From IMG/VR virus record IMGVR_UViG_3300020559_000006: a stretch of 50,037 bases of DNA; one strand, given 5' to 3'. The DNA is from a virus. The notes beneath the pieces are model-generated. The model worked only from the letters and a program-made list of their open reading frames with translations. It was not told where the DNA came from and made no database searches. The first letter of the stretch is position 1; the number at the start of each line of letters is the position of its first letter. Position numbers and translations under genes: made by a program. Positions 1 to 6,900 of this stretch are shown in pieces.

Positions 1-69
1 GTAAGCTGATCCGCAACATGGAGAATAGCATTTAAGCAAAACTAAAGCCGCAATTCAAATGTCGGATCA

Positions 70-98
70 TCTACAGATTTTCTGCTATAGTCTATAGT
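70..98 (+). promoter_or_regulatory. Candidate promoter of the TIR gene (TCTACA-17-TATAGT), contains tandem CTATAGT CTATAGT
   Basis: -35-like 70-75, 17-nt spacer, -10 TATAGT 93-98. GGAG SD at 110-113 and ATG at 124. Confidence 0.3.
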
Positions 99-123
99 TC
101 AGATATATTGGAGTTAATCCCAA

Positions 124-360
124 ATGTCCAGACCTAATGAAGACAAAGTTCGGATTCAATGCCGACTGCCAAAAGACAAAAAAGCAGCCTGGGATAAGGT
201 TTTGATAGAAGCCGGCTTTTTCTTCCGGCAAAAAGAAAATATTTATCCTATGTATGGGGAATTTCTAGAAGCACTGCTAGATCGTGATCCTAGAGCGTCC
301 TCAGTTATTTTGAAAATATCTTCTAAAATAATTGAAAAACCACTTGACAAACTAGAATAA
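124..360 (+). CDS. TIR-encoded small protein, possible ribbon-helix-helix (CopG/Arc-like) regulator
   Basis: 78-aa ORF with a GGAG SD. N-terminal VRIQCRLPKDKKAAWDKVL looks like an RHH beta-strand followed by a helix. Paralogue at 49686..49910. Confidence 0.4.
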   Translation: MSRPNEDKVRIQCRLPKDKKAAWDKVLIEAGFFFRQKENIYPMYGEFLEALLDRDPRASSVILKISSKIIEKPLDKLE

Positions 361-372
361 CTCTAGTAGACT
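344..372 (+). promoter_or_regulatory. Inward-facing left-arm promoter (TTGACA-17-TAGACT)
   Basis: TTGACA 344-349 overlaps the 3' end of the TIR ORF; -10 at 367-372 followed by ATAAATATAGGG. Same architecture as the early promoter family. The spacer holds the inverted repeat ACTAGA-N5-TCTAGT. Confidence 0.55.
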
Positions 373-405
373 ATAAATATAGGGTAAAGCAAAGGAAAGA
401 AACAA

Positions 406-558
406 GTGAAGCTAGTAAAAGTTGAGAACAACTGCCAAATGGAAGCAACTGCAGAATATATAACGCTTGAAGCGATCACTTCAGTTGAAGAAGCAGCCAA
501 AAATGGCTGCACTTGGGCTTTAGCCCAGCTAGAAGAGTGGGGCATAAAGTTTGAATAG
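406..558 (+). CDS. Small ORF (50 aa from GTG 406, or 39 aa from ATG 439)
   Basis: Not in the ORF track (<60 aa). AAGGAAAG lies upstream of the GTG. Its stop sits inside the 64-nt repeat. Confidence 0.3.
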   Translation: MKLVKVENNCQMEATAEYITLEAITSVEEAAKNGCTWALAQLEEWGIKFE

Positions 559-602
559 CCCGCCTGACGAGTCCGGCTGACTACCGGACGAAACTACCAC
601 CT
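539..602 (+). repeat. 64-nt direct repeat, copy 1
   Basis: GGGGCATAAAGTTTGAATAGCCCGCCTGACGAGTCCGGCTGACTACCGGACGAAACTACCACCT is identical to 1754-1817. Confidence 0.95.
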
Positions 603-620
603 CGTTGGGTAGACGAGGTG
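559..620 (+). ncRNA. Hammerhead-like motif, degenerate (predicted inactive)
   Basis: Same CUGACGA core, stem II and GAAA as the 1774 copy. Position 16.1 is A rather than U, and the 3' strand of stem I (GAGGUG) no longer pairs with CCCGC. An alternative 8-bp hairpin CACCUCGU/ACGAGGUG forms at 598-620. Confidence 0.5.
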
Positions 621-650
621 ATTCAAATTGATATAAATGAGGAAGAAAAA

Positions 651-1769
651 ATGTTTAAGATTAATGCTCAGGATTTACACTTTACTATTCAGAAGAAATT
701 AAATAAGATCCTTGGCGGATCTTTAGTTGATGGAATTATTGCAACAGGGATTAACCCTGATGAACTTGACTGGGAAGAAACAGAAATTGAAATTTACGGC
801 AGCATAGATTTTGATTGCGACAGACTATCCCAGTGTGTTTCCTGGGGTGAAGAAAAGCAAGAGCAATTAGAAGTAAAAGATGCTTTGTTGTCTGACATTA
901 AGAATGGGTTTAATAAGTTAGATGACTGGCACAAGTACCAAACAAGAGGTGCTTGGGGCTTCTTCGGTTCAGGTTTATCTTCCGGGATTAGCTACTATAT
1001 ACACGAATTAGACCGTAAATATTGCGGTCAAGTTTTTAAAGCTACCGGACGTGATAAAGAAGTAGCTACTTATGACCAAATGGACGGTTTTGGCTTTGCC
1101 GATTCTGTTGACAAACACGTATACACAAAATATGAATATAAACACTCAGATGGTACTATCATCTGGGTTACTGAAAATAAGAAAACATACACTATTCCTA
1201 CTGAACAGGAAGTAGTGGGGAGAATACAGGTTTTAATTTATGAACACTGCAAAAGAGAAAAAATGACATGGGAACTGTTTGTTAGTGACATTGAAAATCG
1301 AAAACAAAAGAACGCGGCTTTTGATGCTGCAGATTTAGCAGCAAGACAAGCAGCCATAAAAGCGGCTGAGTCCGCCATACCCATGCCTGAGTGGTTTCAG
1401 AAAGAGGTTTATTCCAAGGGCAGCGTCAATCGCTTTTGGATTGGTGATGATTACATTTATTCATTCTGGTGGGACACCCAAGATGGGACAGTGTGGCAAC
1501 AATGTGAAGACCGCACCCGTGGGTTGGCTGAACGCACCAGGAAATCTAAATCCTTGGGTTCAGATAGAGATGAGATTATGAACCATATAAACAGCCTATT
1601 GGCTGAACGCAGACGGGCAAGTGAGTTGCTCGCGCAACAAGAAGAAATTAAGCAGCAACAAGAAAAAAGGTACGACGAGTACAGGCACGATCAGAAGATA
1701 AAGAACGGTGTTGTTAAGCCCTTTGAGAAGTGGCTCAAACAAGAGTCAAGAGAGGGGCATAAAGTTTGA
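651..1769 (+). CDS. Hypothetical protein (372 aa)
   Basis: Long ORF with ATG 651 preceded by GAGGAAG (the track ORF starts at 618). No motif recognised. Flanked by the 64-nt direct repeats. Confidence 0.7.
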   Translation: MFKINAQDLHFTIQKKLNKILGGSLVDGIIATGINPDELDWEETEIEIYGSIDFDCDRLSQCVSWGEEKQEQLEVKDALLSDIKNGFNKLDDWHKYQTRGAWGFFGSGLSSGISYYIHELDRKYCGQVFKATGRDKEVATYDQMDGFGFADSVDKHVYTKYEYKHSDGTIIWVTENKKTYTIPTEQEVVGRIQVLIYEHCKREKMTWELFVSDIENRKQKNAAFDAADLAARQAAIKAAESAIPMPEWFQKEVYSKGSVNRFWIGDDYIYSFWWDTQDGTVWQQCEDRTRGLAERTRKSKSLGSDRDEIMNHINSLLAERRRASELLAQQEEIKQQQEKRYDEYRHDQKIKNGVVKPFEKWLKQESREGHKV

Positions 1770-1817
1770 ATAGCCCGCCTGACGAGTCCGGCTGACTACC
1801 GGACGAAACTACCACCT
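1754..1817 (+). repeat. 64-nt direct repeat, copy 2
   Basis: Identical to 539-602. Confidence 0.95.
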
Positions 1818-1829
1818 GGTAGTCGTGGG
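1774..1829 (+). ncRNA. Hammerhead self-cleaving ribozyme, stem I open (type I topology)
   Basis: CCCGC | CUGACGA | GUCCGG-CUGACUA-CCGGAC | GAA | ACUACC-ACCU-GGUAGU | C17 | GUGGG. All invariant core positions are present, with G10.1:C11.1 and A15.1:U16.1. Predicted cleavage falls between 1824 and 1825. Confidence 0.8.
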
Positions 1830-1863
1830 AAGTCACAATTTCACCCCACAAGAGGAAATAAAC

Positions 1864-2226
1864 ATGATCTACTCGTTTTTAAGTCAGGAATTTAACCAGA
1901 AGTTAGGGATTAATCCCGACTTTTCCTACGAGAGGGAAAGTCAAGGTAACACCTTTTATTTCTATATCAGGGAAGGTGTCCTCGTAGTTGAGGAATTTGA
2001 ACACTGCTACGACGATAAAGACCTCGTGAAAGAGGTTAAAATCATCCTAAATAAAGGCGACCACATAATCGCTGATTCGGTAGGTGGACTGACCTTGATC
2101 AAGTTGTTCAAAGTCGGTGTTAGGGTTAGTCTGCTTGATTCAGAGTTGGTAGGGTTGCCACTGGAGCAACAGACGGAGGACATAAAAACGGATATTATTT
2201 ATTCACTGGTTTCTTTAGGTGACTAA
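1864..2226 (+). CDS. Hypothetical protein (120 aa)
   Basis: ATG 1864 preceded by AGAGGAAA. The track start at 1825 coincides with the ribozyme cleavage site and is unlikely to be used. Confidence 0.6.
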   Translation: MIYSFLSQEFNQKLGINPDFSYERESQGNTFYFYIREGVLVVEEFEHCYDDKDLVKEVKIILNKGDHIIADSVGGLTLIKLFKVGVRVSLLDSELVGLPLEQQTEDIKTDIIYSLVSLGD

Positions 2227-2581
2227 AGGAATTTTGTGGGCTGTCATCCAGACACCCCTATTAATTCCCCAACGCTACCCCGTTGGGAGTCCCCGCCATA
2301 TAACCCTTCAGTTTGGGGTGCATCGGGAAAACTGGACACACTGGATAGGCGAAGAGTTCCAAGCCACAACTTTATATGAAGCTTGGAACGGCAAAATACA
2401 AGCTGTAGCTGTCAAACTTCCTGATCATATTCCCTGCGCTAACAAATATCCTCACATATCTGTTAGTTGGTGTAAAGGCATAAAGCCCTATGAATCGAAC
2501 CTGATGCTGTCATCAAAGTTTGACTACAGACTGTTCAAGCGGTCTGTAAAGATGAAAATAGAGTTTTTGGAGTGGGGTTAG
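2219..2581 (+). CDS. Small 2H-phosphoesterase-like protein (LigT/Acb1-like two HxT/S motifs)
   Basis: HITL at His27 and HISV at His79, each inside a hydrophobic strand context. GTG start overlaps the upstream stop. Confidence 0.4.
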   Translation: MTKGILWAVIQTPLLIPQRYPVGSPRHITLQFGVHRENWTHWIGEEFQATTLYEAWNGKIQAVAVKLPDHIPCANKYPHISVSWCKGIKPYESNLMLSSKFDYRLFKRSVKMKIEFLEWG

Positions 2582-2610
2582 ACTTTTGCGGAGCTTCTTA
2601 GTTCCGCGAT

Positions 2611-2647
2611 CGCCAAGATACAAGTAATATTTGCTTATATCTTGGCG
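2611..2647 (+). other. 10-bp stem hairpin (CGCCAAGATA/TATCTTGGCG) next to a HIP1 site
   Basis: Perfect inverted repeat with a 17-nt loop in the 2582-2684 spacer. The T tract is weak. Confidence 0.35.
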
Positions 2648-2684
2648 GTTTATTCGCAAACATAACATTAGGAGTTCAAAATGA

Positions 2685-3116
2685 ATGAGTGTTTATTTTT
2701 TCAGTCGGCACAAAATAGACCCTAAAATGGTCGAAGACCTGGGGGGTGGTGCTATAAACCAGGTTAGAGGGACGATCAAAGATATTCGCCGCACTGGCGA
2801 CACTATCACATTCAGCGAGATAATTCTTGCTCAAGACACAGATAGCGTTCAAGAGATAGTATGCCATACGATCTCGGCTGACTCAATAGTGGTAGCAGTT
2901 GCACCACTAAACCTCCAAATAGACTGGCTTAACGCGGGGATAAGGACCTTCCTTATCCCCCAGACCACACGGGAAGTGGTTGACGGAGAACCGATTTTCT
3001 CCTACACTGGACTGGTGCGGATAAAGAGAATAATAATAGACAAAGAGCAGTGGGTAGGTGTTTCACCTACCATTGAACAGAAACACGCCGAGAGATCGGC
3101 GTTGCACAATTCATAA
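2685..3116 (+). CDS. Hypothetical protein (143 aa)
   Basis: ORF downstream of TTAGGAG. Confidence 0.6.
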   Translation: MSVYFFSRHKIDPKMVEDLGGGAINQVRGTIKDIRRTGDTITFSEIILAQDTDSVQEIVCHTISADSIVVAVAPLNLQIDWLNAGIRTFLIPQTTREVVDGEPIFSYTGLVRIKRIIIDKEQWVGVSPTIEQKHAERSALHNS

Positions 3117-3124
3117 TTTTTAAA

Positions 3125-3153
3125 AGACAGGGTACTTAGATACCCTGTCTTTT
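3125..3153 (+). terminator. Rho-independent terminator of the left-arm operon
   Basis: AGACAGGGTA-CTTAGA-TACCCTGTCT followed by TTT. Confidence 0.8.
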
Positions 3154-3215
3154 GCACAGTTACTTAAACAAATGGCGTGAAGTCAACGGCCATTTAGTTT
3201 CTATTAAAATAATTT

Positions 3216-3258
3216 AAAATCCTCCAAAGTGCTTTTGTATAAGACTTTGGAGGATTTT
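3216..3258. terminator. 15-bp stem hairpin, bidirectional-terminator-like
   Basis: AAAATCCTCCAAAGT / ACTTTGGAGGATTTT with a 13-nt loop and A/T runs on both sides. Confidence 0.6.
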
Positions 3259-3539
3259 TAAATTTAATTATGAGGGATAAAAGGCATACAAAAAATGCGT
3301 GTATGCCTTATGTGTGCTGAAATCTAGCAACTACCGTGATAAATATCGAGTAACCTTACAGATAGTGAACAACGTTACTTTTTGGGTGTAATTGGGTTTA
3401 TTGATGTATCTTGGCTTACTTTTCATTGGGAATTACGTAGAATGTTCATTCCCTGTTCTTTGGGTATGGGGTGATAAATATCCGTAAAACTGGTAAATCA
3501 GATTGGTATTCTGGATAAACAACCAATCTGATCTAATTT

Positions 3540-3959
3540 ATGTTGCACAAAATAATTGTCGGAACTATGTTAATGGTCGCAATACCTAGCCCTTACGCGA
3601 TCGCACAAAATGCACAAAATGGCGATACATTGACTGGATACTTGGAATTAATCTCATCTGGCATGGGCGTAAATAGTAGGGGTGAGTGTTATGGGCGAAA
3701 TGGATTTATCGACATAATGGGTCAAATCCCGGTAATCATCAAAAACGAGTCGGGGACAGTTATTGCCGTCGGGAAAACAGAGACAGGTAAACAACCCGAA
3801 GAACATTCAGCGGTAAGATGTATTTTTAATTTTCGGGTTGAGAATATCCCAAAATCAGTTTTTTATAGCGTCGAGATAGGGCGACGTGGGAGCGAAACGT
3901 TTTCCCATCAACAATTAAAGGATCAGGGTTGGGATTTGAAGTTGAGACTGCACAGATAA
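3540..3959 (+). CDS. Secreted protein of unknown function (moron-like)
   Basis: N-terminal signal peptide MLHKIIVGTMLMVAIPSPYAIAQNA. Isolated gene after a 420-bp hairpin-rich spacer. Its stop abuts the tape measure stop. Confidence 0.6.
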   Translation: MLHKIIVGTMLMVAIPSPYAIAQNAQNGDTLTGYLELISSGMGVNSRGECYGRNGFIDIMGQIPVIIKNESGTVIAVGKTETGKQPEEHSAVRCIFNFRVENIPKSVFYSVEIGRRGSETFSHQQLKDQGWDLKLRLHR

Positions 3960-6900
3960 TTACCTATTCAACGCCCCGCCCGGACGCTGTTGTTTCTGAA
4001 TTTCCGCCAACACAACTGATCTTAGAGAATTTTGCAATTGTGGAACATTGACCGAGCTATCCCCGCCGCCCTCTACAGTGACGGGGATATTTATGTTCAT
4101 GTTTTTAGACCCGATTTCATTACTTAAATTTTGACCACCTCCGACAATACCACCATTCGCAAAATTCAATATTTTGTCTAATCGCAGTTCTTGAAAACGC
4201 TTAGATTGTTCTGCGGTCAATATCATCTCATCTTCATTAAACACGCCCAGTATTGCTTTCCTGCCCCCTGACTGAACCCTCTCGCGGTTTAGTGCTTCTG
4301 ATATGGGGTTACTATTTCCTGTGGCGTAATTGGGGACATATCCTTCACTAAATCCCAGTATCCCACCGCCTTTACCGCCTCCACCGCCGAACAAACCACC
4401 ACCTCCACCAAAGATACTAGAAATAAGGGAGTTAACCGCCAATTGGGTTAATTGTTGGGCGATGCTTCCGATCAGGTCTTTGAAGGCATCCCCCGCAGAT
4501 TTAGACCCAGAAATGATGTCACCAAAGAATGAACCGAGGGCGTTTTTACCAACATCTAATAAGTCTTTGCCGAGTGTTTTCACTTGTTGAGAAATACCCT
4601 CTAAATTAATCTTGTTAATTGCTTCGGCATTGGCTTGTAGTGCAGCTATTTCTTGCTCTGTGTACTCGTTGGCTTTTCCTTTCGCGGCGGCTATTTGTTG
4701 TTCAATTTGTAGTAATTCTTGTTTATATCTAAATTGTTCCTCCATTCTTGCGGCTTCAGCTTCTAATGCGGAGACTTCATATTCATTGCCACCACGTCTG
4801 CGAATTAAACCAGTTTGTGCTGGTAACATTGATGCTTCTTTAGAAAGCGCAGATTCTAGATCCGCAAACCTGCCTTGTTCAATGGTTTTTTGTCCTTCTC
4901 TGGTAAGGGTTTCAAAACTTGATTTTGACTGTTCGCCCAATATTTTAATTTTTTCGTTTAAGTCAGCAATCTTACCGTCTAAAACTTTAATTACATCACT
5001 AGCAGCGTCTAGTTTGCCTTCATTGATTAATTTCTCGCGTCCTTGGGTTAAATCATCATATTCCTGCTTGAGAGTGGTTAACACCTGCTTTTCTTGTTGA
5101 ATTGCGTTTATTTTATCTAATTGAAACTGTAACTCAGCTTTTTGTTGTTGAGTCCGTGCGGTAGAAATTTCTTTATTAAGCTCAAGAACTTGTTTGTTGT
5201 GTTCAATTTCCTGTTTTTCCGACTCCCTTAGCCGTTGATTTTGCAACTCAATTTGTTTACGCTGATTCTCAAATAGTTTTAAATCCACGCCACCCTTATT
5301 AGCAATTGAATGAATTTGAGCAACTAAATTATTAATATCTTTCTGAAGCCGCTTGACTTCCTCAGAATCTTTTTTCAATCCCCCCTCACCCAACAAATAA
5401 ACTTTCCGATCCTGTAAATCATAAAGTTGATTTTGCAGTGGCATTAATGCGGCCTTAGCACTGTATTCAATCTGCGCCTTATCAATTGTTAATTGGATAC
5501 CCTGTTTTGTCGCATCATCGCCAACTAATGATTGCTGCAATTTCAACTGATTAATGTACGCTTCATGGACGCGAGATAACTTTTCAATTTCTCGCTGACG
5601 ATCCTTGTTCTTCTCGATTTCTTTTTCTGCACTGGACTGGTTTAAATTATTGGTTTCTAACTCCAAGTCTCGCAACTGTTTCTGAGATTTGATGATTTCA
5701 TCTAACTGATTAATTGCTTTGGAGTAATCCACGCCAGCATCATCCGGCGTAACAGTTTCACCACGCTTTTTAGCCGCTGCCAAAATCTCTAATTTCTTAT
5801 TTCTGGCATCAAGAAGATCCTCGCGTTCCTGAGAAAATTTGATCAAATTCTCCTGATACCTGTTATCAATCTCGTATTGTTTGGCGCGTTTCTGAATAAT
5901 CTTTTTAGCTTCATCATCTGGGGCTAAAGCCTCGTAAGCTGCAAACTCAGCCCGTTTTTCTTTGTCTAGTTGATCACGTTTTTTAGCATCTAATTCTCGC
6001 TGCTGTTTTTGAGCGTTATCAGCCTGTTTAGTAGCCGCGTCAATCTCATCTTTAATTTCTCGATATTTGGTTTCTGCAAGTTTACGCCGTGCTGCTAATA
6101 AATTCCGTTGATCTTCGGCATTGCCACCTTGAGCGACACCTGGGGTTTGCGCTAATTCCCCGTTCCCCGTTCTCCGTTCTCCAATAGCTGCTTGTTGAGC
6201 AGGTGTAGTATTTGACTGGCTCAGAAATAATTGCATCTCAGAGTTACGCCGCTTGGTTAATCCTGGCAATGCTTGTTTAACTCCGCGATGTTCACCTTTA
6301 TTCCACCTCAGAAACTCTTTAGCCGCACCTGCATAATCTCCAGAGTTTAGTTTTTTGAGTAGGGTACTTTCTCCTAATGCCCCTTCACCCACGTTAAAAG
6401 CGAACGAGGTCAAAGCATCCAATTGATTATTGTTGATGGGGACTTTGACCATTTTCTGAACGCGAGAACGTTTGTAAAGTAACTCATTTAATAGCCGTTG
6501 GTTTGCTTCTTCAACTGTTAAGCGATCGCCTGTTGATTTAGCCTTAGTCCCAAAACCAACCGAGTATTGAGTTCGATCAAAGTATGGTGTTGCTGCAAAA
6601 CCTTCTGATTTTTTAACTAGCGCAACTAAGCTATCTGTCACGCCAGCTTTACCGAAAATCTCCTCATTCTTACCACGCACAATATTGGCAGTGCGAGACG
6701 ATAAACCCGCACCTGTGGGTAGTGCATTTTTCGCTGCTTCTTGGATAGGCTTAAAGCTATTAAGCTCTGTCCCGACGACGGCGTTCACAATACCTACTTG
6801 CCCCTTCCCTTCATCAAAAATCAATTGTTTTGCGCCACTTTGCTTGAGAGCATTTCGGAAACTGTCAAACTCTTGTTGGTTGGCAAAAACAATACACCCA

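Larger units (their letters stand above)
1..385. repeat. Left terminal inverted repeat (TIR-L)
   Basis: nt 1-99 are identical to the reverse complement of 49939-50037. Similarity (~90%, small indels) continues through a duplicated small ORF and an inward-facing promoter to ~385. Confidence 0.95.

Noticed and set aside
363-545. Minus-strand ORF 363..545
   Set aside because: It is antisense to the promoter-proximal small ORF, reads outward toward the TIR gene, and has no RBS.
559-620. Upstream hammerhead copy as an active ribozyme
   Set aside because: Position 16.1 is A, breaking the A15.1:U16.1 pair and the NUH rule. The 3' strand of stem I cannot pair with CCCGC. I tried alternative registers, including cleavage after AUUC at ~624, and none gives a stem I.
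2481-2510. tRNA-like GGTTCGATT (minus strand)
   Set aside because: No complementary T-stem or cloverleaf around it, and it lies inside a CDS. I saw no convincing tRNA anywhere in the window.
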